In this document: one piece after another, positions 47,616-60,823 of the stretch
Layout of the letters: every line of letters begins with the position of its first letter
How positions within the stretch are numbered: the stretch's first letter is position 1
NCBI RefSeq assembly: GCF_018350175.1
Contig: NC_058368.1
Location: 62,994,001 to 63,058,000 of the forward strand
Source: Felis catus
Taxonomy: Eukaryota
Direction: 5' to 3'
DNA length: 64,000 nt
Notes under the pieces: model-generated
What the model was told of the DNA's origin: nothing
The model's database searches: none
Seen by the model: only the letters and a program-made list of their open reading frames with translations
Position numbers and translations under genes: made by a program

Positions 47616-50600
47616 TTGAGAGATCTCTTACTTAGCAATGCATCATCAGGGTCTCCCCTATACCATAGTGTTGGGTTTGCTGAAGAATGTCTGCCTCTAT
47701 CTTTGGGAGAATACTTAAGATGAGTCAAAAGTATTATTAGGAAACTGCACTCTAAATTCAATGAAAAATAACAAAATCAATGAAAATCTGTCTAGCCATT
47801 TTACAGAAGGTAGTTACAGACTATATTGATGGGATTTCATGGCTGATTCACTATGCTTTCTACATTGTGCTTTTTACATGTCCATTTAAACAGGCATCCA
47901 GCTATTGACTTTTTACATGTTAAAAATCTCTCTACTTAGAATTGCAGCCTGTCCCTTTAAACAAGAATTATTATGGTTTAAGCATTTGAGCTTTTAAGGG
48001 AATAGACTTACCATGACGAGGTAGGTACTGAAATGGGGCATTTCCTTCTAGCCCTTTGAGTCTGTACGGTATTAGGTGAAAACTGGAATAGCAATGCTTT
48101 GTGGGTGAGAGAGGGTTTCCAGATTTTCAAAACCATGAAAAGAACTTTTCTTTATTTCCCACACCTATTCCATGATAGAGTTCTATGCTAATCTGATCAG
48201 CTTCCACTTCTACCTGCAATCTGTCATGAAATCCAGTATTCACTTCAAATATATACATGTGTTGAGAAATACACATGTATCTAAGTCACCATTTTCTCCC
48301 TCCTGGACTACTAAAATAATACAGTGAGTAAAGAAAGACTTATTTCCCTATCTGGGTTGTGGTGAATTCAAGGCTGAGGTTGCAAATTTAGGAACTGCCT
48401 GGAAGAAGTAACTACTTATGACCAGCGTGTACCATGTTCTCATTGTGTTTCTCTTATTACTATTCAGTCTCTGTCTTTTGGGGTCACATGTAGAGCTGAG
48501 TCTGGACTTCACATGGTCTGATGTGTTAAGAGGGGGGGGGAAACTGCCTATGGCTTGGAGGAAACATACACCTACAGGAGAAACAAGCAGTTGATTTCAG
48601 GGGCCCACCAGGTTCTGCAGCAACAATTCTGAAGGAGGTCGGCAATCCCCTGGACGGTTTTGTGGAGCATTCAAGCCTTGTTCAATAACATGTTGAATTT
48701 TTTTTAGGAAGGAAACCTAGTAGAAAAAACAGATGTTGGACTTTACATCATTCAAAAGGTAGCAACTCTGGGACTACTGGAAAGGAAAATTTTTATTTCT
48801 GCAAGCCAGAGGACTACTGAAATTGGGGCACAGACCCATTAGGCAATATTGTGCTTTTAGCATCGCTGTTAAGAGCAATCTGAGAATGTTTACAAGTTTA
48901 CAGTTATTGATGGAGCTAGACCACAATGATAAACAGGTATTTAAATGGGAGAATAAGGAAATGAGTATTCTATCAGTGCATCTTTAATCTCCAGCCATGA
49001 GTTTAGTTCTTTAACAATTATGTCTCAGATGAAATATCACCAGCCTTATTTTTGCTGCCCTCTTGATTAAGCTAAGAAATCACTCAATAAGTCACCTGGA
49101 TTGGATTCTTTTCTACCATTTGAACTGAATAGCTTCAATTGGTCTCTTAGAGACCCATCAGCTAAATATACTGCTGTAGTGTCCTTGCCATGGGGCAACA
49201 GAGTGTAAATTTTAAACACAATTACAGAAGTTAGATCTGGAAGAACTGGGATAATTTTGCATTTAGATACTTGAGAAATGAGGTTTGTTTTTAATTCGGT
49301 AGGTGATTTGTGGTTAAATTTATTCTAAAGAGTTGCTCGTTTAAAAAAAAAAACTGGCATTTGACTAGAGTACTCAGGGAAATAATAAACAATAGTTACC
49401 TCAGCTATAGATTTTCAACCAAGAATGATGAATCACGGTTTTAAAAATGGTAAAGTTAAATTTCAGTTGGTGATTAAGTAATTCTCTTCAGGCATTTATG
49501 CCAATGATCACTGTTTTAAATCCCTGAAATAGAAATATCCTTTTTAGTTTGATAAAACAGAATGCATTTCTATCTTCTATAGTTTTTAAAAGATATATGA
49601 AAGTAATAGAAATATTTCTATTTGTATTAGATAACAAAGGTATTATAAATTAATGTAGGTTTTTTTCCCCTATGAACTTAAAAAGTTTTAAAAGCTAGAC
49701 AAAAACATTCAATATTTCAAGTTTGTTTAAAGAAAGTTTACTTAGATCTCCTTTGAAGTTCAAGTAGATAATTTTTTTAATAGGACAAGATGTTATAATG
49801 TGCTTATAATAGCATTGCTTCAATTCTGTTGACAAGCCTGAGCTCACCTTTCATAAAAGAGAATTTGACTTCATGTATATATCACAACTCTAATAAAATA
49901 TGTAAAAGGTTCTACTTTCAGTTAGAGGAAAAAAGAGATACTCCAGATAAAGAAGGAAAAAAAATCCCTGAGTATTCTAAGCTAGGCCATCTGATTTTAG
50001 GGTGGCGGGCGGGGGAGGGAGGAACCAGACCAAGAGTAGCAAAGCCTCTCAGAGCCTTTTTAGAGACTGTTGCTTAGTAAAATAAATAAATAAATATTAC
50101 TGGAACAGCTGCAGAAGAAAGTCTGGCACAAAGATAGGGCTCTGGTGATAATATGCTCTATTGCCTACTAAAACAGAAGGAATCACAGTAGCATAAATGT
50201 ACAAAGGACGAGAGGGTAAAGCACCTGTACAACAGTCAATAACGTAAAATGTCAATTCTTACTCAACCCTATTCAAACAACCATGCATGATTTCTCCCGA
50301 AATTACTACTCCGGGCTTGATGGTTTCTTCATTAGATTTCCTATTGCCACCTCTACATGGTGTTAAACCAGGGGTGAATAATGGTGGCCCTGCAGCATCA
50401 TAAAGCAGAACCCCTTTGCTAACAGTCTCTAACTACAGAGCGAGAACACTGATTAGCTGTGGCATGTTACTTCGAGGGAACTCAACTGGGAAATAATTTC
50501 TCTTCCATCATCCCAGGTGATTAGAAGAAGTAAAAAGCAATGTAATTTGCAGAATGATTTTATTATTTAAAACATACATGAAACCTAGTGTGGCCTTAAA

Positions 50601-50769
50601 GTTTAGGAAATATAAATACTCTTTTGGGAAGCAAACACAAGATAGTTTTTAAAAGGAAAGCCAAGATTGATTTTGACCTTTAGCTATGAGCTAGTTCTCA
50701 AAAGCAATATTTTTGGAATGGGAAAGAAAATAATGATACTCTTGAGTTTTAGTTTTTGCTTCTATTAAA

Positions 50770-51428
50770 CTCTATTACAGGGGCTTTGCACAACTATGTA
50801 AAAAGTTACTCCCAAATTTCAGGATTTAAAACAACACTCTTATTACATCATAGTTTCTGTGTGTAGGAATATGGGTACAGCTTAGCTGGGTGCCTCTGGC
50901 TCAGGGTCTCTCGTGAGGTTGCAGGCAAGCTGTTGGACTGAACTTCAGGCAACTCAAGACTAGGCTGTGGCAGAATGATACTCTCGTAAGCTCACGCACA
51001 TGGCTAATGGAAGGCTTTGGCTCCTTACCACCTAGGCCTCTCCATAGGCTGCCTGAGATGCATAGGCTGCATTCTTCTTGTTAAAAGTCAATAGGTCCAG
51101 GGGCGCCTGGGTGGCGCAGTCGGTTAAGCGTCCGACTTCAGCCAGGTCTCGATCTCGTGGTCCGTGAATTCTTGCTCCACGTCAGGCTCTGGGCTGATGG
51201 CTCAGAGCCTGGAGCCTGTTTCCGATTCTGTGTCTCCGTCTCTCTCTGCCCCTCCCCCGTTCATGCTCTGTCTCTCTCTGTCCCAAAAATGAATAAAAAC
51301 GTTGAAAAAAAAAATTAAAAAAAAAAAGTCAATAGGTCGGGTCCCCACTCAACTGGAGGCAATTACATAAGGGTATAACTAACAGAGGGCCAAGATCTTT
51401 GGGGCCATCTTAGAGATTGCCTACAACA
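50770..51428 (-). mobile_element. MaLR LTR (MLT1F-like), split by a young SINE
   Basis: cagcttagctgggtgcctctggctcagggtctctcgtgaggttgcag...ggggccatcttagagattgcctacaaca. Confidence 0.75.
51100..51323 (+). mobile_element. Young felid SINE (SINEC_Fc-like)
   Basis: ggggcgcctgggtggcgcagtcggttaagcgtccgacttcagccagg. Perfect TSD aaaagtcaataggtc (51083-51097 / 51324-51338). Confidence 0.96.
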
Positions 51429-52017
51429 CCTGTGTTTTTGTTTTTTTTGTTTGTTTGGTTTTTTTGGTTTTTTTTTGTTTTTGCTTTTCACGTCTACTTT
51501 TAGGAGGAAGCAAGCCTTATTCTATCTAATGGCAGACATTGGAACAAGGTCATCTTCCTAAAATCACGATATGATGAATATAATCTTGTATTTAAGAGCA
51601 CATGGCATAAAACTTAGAAACAGTCTTGAGGAATGATCATCTTAATGTTCTGTAGAAAATGACTTCTGTTAATATTTATGAATATTTACTGTTTCAAGAA
51701 AATAATACATGTTCACATACACATACTCATGTAGGTTTTAACTTAGGTTTTAGAAGGAAATTTTATTTTTACCGCCCATTTGCCAGATTCTATTTGAACA
51801 CTGGCCGTTCCTTCTCTGTGTACAGCACTTGCTAATTTGGATGGAAAAATTTAATATGCATGAATAGGGAAATGCAACAAACTTCTTTTAAAAGTTATAT
51901 GTAAATTAGAAAGGGGTTGGTATTCTGGAACTAGCTCTACAGAGATCTAATTCCACTCTCCTATCTGCCACTTCTCAGCTATGACCACAGGCAAGTTGCA
52001 TAGCATCATTAGATTAG

Positions 52018-52305
52018 TGTCTTAGGTTAGCACCATTCAGGGTGCTGTATACACTGGATGGTTTACAAACAACAGAAATTTCTCATAGTTCTGAAGGCTG
52101 GAAGTCCTCAGAGTTCCACCATGGTCAAGTTCTGGGGAAGGCTGCCTTCCAGCTGCAGATTGCCAGTGTCTCCCTGTGCCCTCTCATGGTGGAGGGGACA
52201 AGCTAGCTCTCTGGGATCCTTTTTTATAAGATACTGATGCCATTCATAGGATTCAGTTTTTATGACCTAATCACCTCCTAATAGACCTAACCCCAATACC
52301 ATCCT
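52018..52305 (-). mobile_element. MaLR LTR (MLT1A-like)
   Basis: tgtcttag...aaacaacagaaatttctcatagttctgaaggctggaagtcc...atgacctaatcacctcc. Confidence 0.78.
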
Positions 52306-53727
52306 AAAAAGGAGTGGGTTAGAGCATTAATTTTCTATCCTTTGTAAAATGCTGTCATTTTAAGTGAAACATGCCATTATGTAAGAATGAGGGCAATGAC
52401 AAAATAGTATTCTTTCATATGTAATAATATTCAGAATTTTAATTTTCAGATGCTAATATTCATAGCCCTAGAGCTACTAATTTAGTGTATTTGCAACATG
52501 TACCCCGACCTTAAGTAGAATCATATTTATTGCATTTCAGTTTATTGAAAGTCTGAAACATTAAAAAATTCTCTGTATACTAATTTTTTATTAAATTCCC
52601 ATTTTTAAAATGTAATAAATAAAATACTATTAAAATTTTATTTCAAAGAGATATTTTCCATATGCTCAAATACATGTAATATATATTGCTTGCACTGATT
52701 TTAAATGGTAAATAATGGAAAGATAGACCAACAAACTGCTTGTTTATGTCATCATAAGCATTCAGTAATTGAGTTATTTGTGATAGAATATTGAACTTGA
52801 GCACACACTCAATGTTTAATTGACTTGAGAAAATATATGCAGAAAAGCTGACGAACTAACGTAACAGTGAAAACTAATTGTTGATCAATATGTTTTTAAC
52901 ACATTTCATACTTTGCTAATGTATGTTTGAAAAAAAGATTTAAGGTTAAGTTATGCTGAATAATGTCTATTAAGGAGTATTAGACACAATTTTTCATCAG
53001 CTTTTTATTAAGACCTACTGTATTAAATATTTTTGCTTCTAATTGTTTAATATCAATTTAACTTTGCCCCTTTTTTATCAGAAAAACAGCTTCCAGTGTT
53101 ATTTTACAGCTCCATCATTAAGTAAATCTGTAAATTTATTTAATTTTGTTATATTCAATATCAAATGTTAAGATTATTTAACTCATATATAATGGAAATA
53201 TACTCTAATGAAATAGTACAATAGGTGTCTATAAAACCTTAAAGTATATTATGTGTATTCATAAATATCTATTTTAAAAAATTACATGGATAGGCCTCAT
53301 AGCCAATGGTAAATGGCAGAGAAAAATAACAAAAGATCAGAGAAATTATTTGAAGATTAAAGGATGAAGTCAATAAATCTAAACAGAAAAAAAAAAGTGT
53401 GAGATAATATCAGTCGTTTTATCATGTGTATTTTCAATCTTGAAATTAGAGATTGGAGTATGAAACATGTTAGAAAAATACTAGCTAGAATTTACCCAAA
53501 TTTAATGAATAATAAATTAAGAAATTAAGAAACGGCATGAACTTGTAACAAGATAAATCCCTGTGCTCTAAGAAATGTAACAAGCATTTTGGGCTGAAGG
53601 AAAACAACATAAGAAAGAAGGAATGAAGTGACTGAAAGAAATAAATGTCCTTTATTAATAAATTCCAAAGATATAACTAAAATATAAAGTTATATTGTGG
53701 AGCTTATAATCTATGTAGATGTAATAT

Positions 53728-54090
53728 TAGGGCCACCTGTTTTTTTTTTTAATTTTTTTTTCAACGTTTTTTATTTATTTTTGGGACAGAGAGACAGAGC
53801 ATGAACGGGGGAGGGGCAGAGAGAGAGGGAGACACAGAATCGGAAACAGGCTCCAGGCTCTGAGCCATCAGCCCAGAGCCCGACGCGGGGCTCGAACCCA
53901 CGGACCGCGAGATCGTGACCTGGCTGAAGTCGGACGCTTAACCGACTGCGCCACCCAGGCTCCCCGAAGGCCACCTGTTTTGATGAGTACTGTGTGTTAT
54001 ACATAAGTGATGAATCACTAAATTCTCCTGAAACTATTACACTAAATGTTAACTAGAATTTAAATAAAAATTTGAAACAAAAAAATGAAA
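53728..54090 (+). mobile_element. Short carnivore L1 3' tail, split by the SINE
   Basis: ggccacctgttttgatgagtactgtgtgttatacataagtgatgaatcactaaattctcctgaaac...atttaaataaaaatttgaaac. Confidence 0.78.
53744..53965 (-). mobile_element. Young felid SINE (SINEC_Fc-like), CpG-rich
   Basis: Near-consensus body; TSD ggccacctgtttt (53731-53743 / 53969-53981). Confidence 0.96.
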
Positions 54091-54434
54091 AAATCATAGC
54101 AAAACCATGGGAGAAATGGTACTTAACTGTTGCAAAGTTACTTTATATGAAGGGGCACAGTGGTAACTCTAAGTGAACTCTGACAAGTGGAGGATACCTA
54201 TCGTAAGCCCTTGAGCCACTACACATGCAGAAATGAGATAGGGCTAAAATGCCAATAAAGGAATTAAAATGAAGTAGTAAATAACATACAATTAATCCAA
54301 AGTAAATATATATAATTTTATATGTATGTACACACACACATAGTAGGGCACACACCTACACGCGCACACACACACACACACACACATATATAGTAGGGCA
54401 AATAGAAAATGGCAAAGTAGCAGACCTAAATTCA

Positions 54435-54632
54435 TTTAATTTTTTTAATGTTTAATTTTGAGAGAGCATGAGGGAGGGAGGAGCAGAGAGAGCGGGAGAC
54501 ACAGGATCCGAAGCAGGCTCCAGGCTCTGAGCTCTCAGCACAGAGCCCGATGCGGGGCTGGAACCCACCAGCCATGAGATCATGACCTGAACCGAAGTCA
54601 GGTGCTTAGCTGACTGAGCCACGCAGGTGCCC
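54435..54632 (-). mobile_element. Can-SINE
   Basis: Reverse SINE; TSD cagacctaaatt (54421-54432 / 54633-54644). Confidence 0.93.
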
Positions 54633-54712
54633 CAGACCTAAATTTAAATATATTAAAAATCATATGAAATCGTAGACCAAACATTCCAGTTAAAAGGCAG
54701 AGATCATTAGGT

Positions 54713-55060
54713 AATATTCTAAACTGAATTGTGTCCCTCTCCCCCCAAATTCATATATTGAAGTGCTAACCATTAGTACACGAGAATATAATATTTGGAG
54801 ATACAATTTTCAAAGACACAGTTAAAGTTTCAAGGGTGGGTCCTAATCCATCACGACTAGTACTTATAAGAGAAAATTTGTACATGGGTGCACACAGTGG
54901 GAAGTGAGGACATAGAAGGCAGGCATCTCAAGCCAGAGTGAGCACTCAGAAGAAACGAAACCTGCCAACACCTTGATCTTTAAATTCTAGCCTCCTGAAT
55001 CAGGAGAAAATAAGTCACTCAATCTGTGGAGTTTCATTTTGGCAGCTCATACAAATAGAG
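54713..55060 (+). mobile_element. MaLR LTR (MLT1B-like)
   Basis: ctgaattgtgtccctctccccccaaattcatatattgaagt...cctgccaacaccttgatctttaaattctagcctcc. Confidence 0.8.
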
Positions 55061-58000
55061 TGTAAAAAGGCAAAATTCACTTTTATGCTATCTAAAAGAG
55101 ATGAGCTTTAAAACAAATTAGTATACAAATAATACAGGAAAGTGAAGTTGGTTAATATTTGTAAATCGATGTCCTATGAATGAGTTGAATAACAGAGAAA
55201 ATACATATGATCTCAAAAGATACTTAAAAAAAAAAAACACAGGAAGGTGCCTGGAAAGACATTTAGAATTGAAAAATAAGTTTACCTTCAAAGAAGGAAC
55301 AGGAAATTGGGCAGTTAGTCAAGGATGACATACTATTAGCATAGGTTTTCTTTTTTCTTTTGTTTTCCTGATGTGATAATTATTTCAGAAAAAACAATAT
55401 TGGAATAATACCTCTTATATACTAACGTCTGATTTTAATGGCAAGGATTCAAAGCATTTTATAGTTAGTAAAGTAATATTTAAAAAATTCTTAGTACTGT
55501 TTGACATGAGCTAATAGATATCTCATATAAAAAAAAAAGCATTATTTCTACTAAATGTTTTGACTCCGTGATTGTGTAGGAAATTTCAATTTTCAAGAAT
55601 CTTATTTTTTCTTTAAATATTCATTTGCTTTAAATTGATGTTTTGTATGGCTTACTGTATCTCTGCTATGAAGAGATGTGAAATAATTTAGCCATATTCG
55701 TTAATTCTAGCTTTTATATTTTTTTCTCAATTTAATAAGTTTTAAATAGTATCTTCTAAATAGTGAATGATTTAAAAACTCATTGCATACTATGAAAAAT
55801 ATGTCGTCATCTCAAGTTACAGATAACAATTCTGTGTGCTCTACTTTAAGAAGATTTTTTTATAGGCTATACCTTCCAGCTTATGATTAAAACATTGGCC
55901 TACACAGTTGCCATGTACTATCTACCCCAAATGTTAAGACCTTACGTTGACATACCAGTTCAAATTTCCAGAACAATTTTTGCTTTTCTGGGAGAAAAGA
56001 TAGAAATAAAACTTCAATAGACCTAGAATACATTATTGATAAAGATGCAAATTTTTATTCAATGTCCTCCATGCCTACCAAGGTCCTCTCCTTGGGGAAG
56101 TAGGACACCTTTTCATATAGACATGCTTATCTCTTTCCTAAAGCAAATAGATCCAACCACAGCCAAAAATTCAGATTACTTGTGCTTTAAGTCATCAACT
56201 AAGGATAAAACTAGAACTCTCTACTACTTCCTATTATAAAGTTTAAGAGACATGAACTTTGGTGAGCATTGTCTGAAGAGCAGTGCTTAATTTTGAAACA
56301 CAAGAGAAAGTAAGAGCTATAGATCCTCCTGCATTAGGTTAACTTTATAAATAATAACCTACGTATAAACAGCATCATCTTTATAATGTTTAGATACATA
56401 GATACCTGTAGTGTTTAGATACAATAGTTTAGATCCCTGTTTTTCAAATGGAATTCCTGTTTCCTGTAACATCGTTACCTTTCTTTACCCAAGCAGAGGC
56501 AAGTTTGGAGTACCACTAGGAAAAAATATGTAGGTACCATTTGCTTGAAACGAGTTGTATATTTAACCTAAAATGGGAAGAAATGATTCAGAAAATGTAA
56601 ACTCAAAATTTTTGCTCAATTTTGTGTCTAATTTATAGGGTCTATCATAGAAGTATGTAGTCTCATGTAGAAGGGACCTTATGTCATGTAATGTTATAAA
56701 CATGCTTAGTATGCATGATCAAGTGTTGGTGAATAAGCAGTATAGAGATGACACAAGGAGAGAATAAGAGCAAGAGAAAGAAAGATGGATGGGCACAGGA
56801 GTCCCTTTCTCTTGTTACATGAATGTAAACTTTTATAGGTTTTTGTTAATCGAAGAATGTTCCCAACTTGGTGATAAGAGAACATACAGAAACATCATTT
56901 AATTTCCGAGGTCTCAGAACTCATGGCTAGAGCCACCAGTTGGTTTAGGATTGCCTTTTTCATTGCCTTTCCCATATGTTGCTTTCAATTTCGTTATATT
57001 TAGTGGTTTAAAAAAATAATTCACCCTACTATTTTATTTTGGAATTCAGATGTAATACATACACACACCTATCAGTTATGTTATGTCGATTTTAAAGAAA
57101 GATCTGAAATGGAGTGGTGAAAGGAATATGGTCCTATATTTGAAGCGAGATATTAAAAATAGATTAACAGGAGACATGAGATATTCTGCATAAAGACTTA
57201 ATATCATGTCTAAAATTGTACAACAGAATGTTTTGCTTTAACTTAAAATATGCCTACTGATGACTGTGCTCCTATTGAAAAAATCTGAGTTGGTTAGCAA
57301 ATCAAAGCATTACATTTGTAGTCAAACAGATTATCTACCTAACTCTGACACTGGCTGGGGCATAAACATCACTTTCACAGCATTCAGTGTATTATGTAAA
57401 TTGAGGGATGATGGTTCTCTTAGTACTGAGGTGTCATGGGAAAGATAGCAATAATCATTACTTCAACAATTCCCAGCATAGCATCTTGATAGCCAAATTT
57501 ATGTCTTTTGATTTTATAAGCCGAGTCTCTCGTAATTTTTTATGTATAAGTAGTTTTATTCTGTTCTGAATAAATTTGTTTTAAGGTAAATTTTGTAAGG
57601 TGACCATGAATAAGAAATGCCGACACTTTGTTTAAATGCTTTAAATATCTGTGTTTGGCCAATTATTTTCTGCGTTTACATATGTATATTTTTATTTTCC
57701 TGGTAAGATCTGGATTCTTGCAAGAGCTGAATGTAGGACAAAAGGTTATTTCCTTTTCTTTTTCTAACCATTAAACCAAGCTAAAATGTTCCATATTCCC
57801 ATAAACTGTGAATCAAAACTTAAAACAAGGTTCCCTATGAGAAACCAAACACCGCATTTTTATACACAGCTGCTAAATCCTTGTCAACTCTATGAGTTCC
57901 TAAGCCATTCTCCTTGTTTCACTATCATTTATAAAGGGAAAAATGAGTATATGTGCTGTTTGCTTGAATATATTTGAGAATACATTGTTGCTTGAGGGAG

Positions 58001-59562
58001 AGTATTTTTTATTTGTTGACATTTATTTCTTCTTCTGCCATTTTGTATTTATACCTTGTCTTCTCTTATTTTTATTGTCTCACTAATCTTTCCCCTTAGC
58101 AGATCCTTTATATTTTATTAGAAATAACCAGCTTTTTCAGAGAAGTACTTTTTATGTCCCTGTAGAACTAAATTGGCCTCAGTTGTTCATTTAGCACATC
58201 AGCTTTCTAGGGATGAATTGGAGGCCTTACAAGTGTTTCTTAACATAATGCTGATGCTTAAAAGAAATCTCTAGAAGATTTTCTGGGTAGAAACAATCAT
58301 GTTTACACATTCAAATTCTTAAAAATCTTGCCAGCCATTTAATTTTAGTTTCATATACAAGCTGGATTTGTATGCCTTTGCAGTTAAGCTTTTTTTTTTT
58401 TTTTTTACAGTATTCCAAATCAAATCCTTCTAAGACAACACGCAGTTATTCATTTGTACTCTCGAATATTTGGAAAGAACTGTAGTTGTTGGAATAAGCA
58501 TGACATTGATTTAATTGAAAAAGAGATTACATATTAGTCCTTTTTTCCCCAAAATGTGTCTTATATTTGTAGGGAATATTTTTGAATACATAGATCATAT
58601 TATGTAATAATATATCCATTGACACTCTATCTAAATACAATGTTGTAATTATGGTCTTTCTAAGGCTATGCATGTTTAGCTAACCTGTCTTCCTTGGAAT
58701 CATTTCTTTGCAAGCTTGTACAAATCTGCCTGTGTAGTAAGCTCCCTTTTACCTTTATTCTTACCAGGGAATGTTTCATCTCCTATAAATCCTTTTTAGA
58801 AATATGTAACAAACACTCATATTGGTTGGCAGTGGTAAGTTTTAAACTAAATTTCATTAAATGTTTTATCACCTTGTTCTTTAACCATTCTAATAGATTA
58901 GGTACACCATGAGGATGAGAATGTGTTTGTGACTCTTTGGTTACAAGAGCCTCTTCATGCCCTCCTGGGATGGTGCTTGTTGTGGAGTTAAATGTCTTAC
59001 ACAACTTCTTCTAATTAGGTGACTGCTTACTATTTTCACCCTCAGTGTCATGTGTATTAGAGTCCCCTTTCATCTAGAGAATGAATACTATGAAGTCTCA
59101 GGCAGTGCAGCAACCTACAATCTGTGTCCAAAGCATCTTTCCATCCTGCCTTATTTTTGTTTCTCATTCTACATCCTCATAGCTCACACAGAGTTGGGGA
59201 AAAATTGGTTTAATCAATGAATCAGTACAGGGTAAATAAATTAAACTCCTACTTTTTCAAGCCAGGTACCATCAATCCAGAAAAATGGGTTTACTTGACT
59301 GCTCTAAAAGATCCTTGCTTTTCCACCCCCTCTTTGTTCTTGCCATTTTCCCTCCATTTCTACATGTTAGAATGCTTCTTAGTTACAGGTGCAGCTCAAT
59401 CCCAACTTATTAAAAGCCTTTTCTGATCCATCTTATCAGGAGCAACTTTCCTATTTTCTGAATTCCACAGAACTTTGCATCTCTTTTAGAGCGAGTATTA
59501 TGCCTATTGATATTAAAGCTAGTTAATAGTTATTAGTTTTCATTTAAAAATGTTCATTTTTA

Positions 59563-59762
59563 GGGGCGCCTGGGTGGCGCAGTCGGTTAAGTGTCCGACT
59601 TCAGCCAGGTCACGATCTCGCGGTCCGTGAGTTCGAGCCCCGCGTCAGGCTCTGGGCTGATGGCTCAGAGCCTGGAGCCTGTTTCCGATTCTGTGTCTCC
59701 CCCTCTCTGCCCCTCCCCCGTTCATGCTCTGTCTCTCTGTCCCAAAAATAAAAAAAAAAAAA
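59563..59762 (+). mobile_element. Young felid SINE (SINEC_Fc-like)
   Basis: ggggcgcctgggtggcgcagtcggttaagtgtccgacttcagccaggtcacgatctcgcggtccg. Confidence 0.96.
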
Positions 59763-60164
59763 TCATTTTTTTTTTATCTCCTGTAACTTTTAAAAATCAC
59801 CCAAAATGTATTTTAAAGATGAGGAAATGGAGGTACGGAACATTGGTATATAATAGAATTTGGATTTCAACCTGGAGAGCCTAATACCAGAGGCCAAGCT
59901 ATTAACATTATGCTGAATATTTTAAAGATGTAGTGTCGTGATTCCTCTAAGTTTTAAATAACTCCTCATCTGTGTGTTTTCAAGAAATATTGTTAAATAG
60001 AATTGGACCAACTCTATGATTTGGATTGGACTTATATGCTTCTCACATTATAGCCCATCAATAACTATTCTTAAAGTACCTACCTGTTGGTTTTTTCAAC
60101 ATTTATCGTGTTCTCCAAAACCAAACTATATCTAATTATGCCATTAGACTGGTCTTGCTTCCTA

Positions 60165-60360
60165 TTTTTTTTCTTTCAGTTTATTTTGAGACAGAGCTAA
60201 CGTGCGCCCGCACGTGAGCGGGGGAGGGGCAGAGAGAGAGAAAGAAAGAGAAAGCCCAAGCAGGCTCCGCACTGTCAGTGCACAGCCATGAAACCTCAAG
60301 ATCATGACCTGAGCCAAAACCAAGAGTCAGACGCTTAACCAACTGAGCCGCCCAGGCGCA
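60165..60360 (-). mobile_element. Can-SINE with an internal deletion
   Basis: caagcaggctccgcactgtcagtgcacag joins directly to ccatgaaacctcaagatcatgacc. Flanks cttcctattt / cttcctgttt. Confidence 0.9.
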
Positions 60361-60756
60361 CTTCCTGTTTCTGAATAATTATCATTTTCTTCATGACCTT
60401 TTATCTTTCTGAAATGAATACATCTATCTTCAACTAAATTTAGCTAAGTACATACATAAGAGGCAATTTGTAGGATAAATTAACTATAAACAAGTTGAAA
60501 TAATGATAAGCTTATATTACAACAGAATTCTAAAAGATTATATTGCACACTTTATATCCAAAACATAGTTCAAGAAGCTAATACATGCAGATAGACAAAT
60601 GGGCCTCTTGCACTGGTCAAATTTGTTTCATTGTCTGTATTCCACAGCTCAACATTTCAAGCATACCATTTGTGAAATTTCATATCATTTTATTATCATG
60701 TATTTTTTCCATATTTCTTGAGGACAGAGAAAATATCCTTTTAACTCTATGCAATC

Positions 60757-60823
60757 GTGTGTGTGCGTGTGTGTGTGTGTGTGTGTATAACACACACACA
60801 CACACACGCACACACGCACACAC
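60757..60823. repeat. (TG)n-(CA)n inverted microsatellite
   Basis: gtgtgtgtgc(gt)10 ata (ac)9 gcacacacgcacacac. Confidence 0.95.

Larger units (their letters stand above)
53290..55230 (+). mobile_element. Ancient L1M fragment (ORF1 end / inter-ORF / ORF2 start) hosting several younger insertions
   Basis: A-rich L1-like pieces such as ttttcaatcttgaaattaga...ctagctagaatttaccca, gccaataaaggaattaaaatgaa, and caaacattccagttaaaaggcagagat, which resumes after the MLT1B LTR. Confidence 0.5.

Noticed and set aside
48005..48045. Minus-strand 16-nt exon candidate (tttcag...ATG|GTAAGT)
   Set aside because: Not frame-preserving and the pyrimidine tract is weak; likely chance.
48253..48280. 10-bp inverted repeat atacatgtgt / acacatgtat
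   Set aside because: Short and low-complexity, with no MITE or pre-miRNA features.
56387..56434. Short recurring gtttagatac units, considered as a CRISPR-like array
   Set aside because: The units are ~10 bp with irregular short spacers, there are no cas genes and the context is mammalian; this is a slippage repeat.
58385..58490. T-run + acag acceptor with a 24-codon open frame
   Set aside because: It ends in TAG with no donor, and the T homopolymer explains the motif.
59563..59640. tRNA-like A/B boxes in SINE heads, considered as tRNA genes
   Set aside because: They are tRNA-derived Can-SINE heads followed by (CT)n and A tails.
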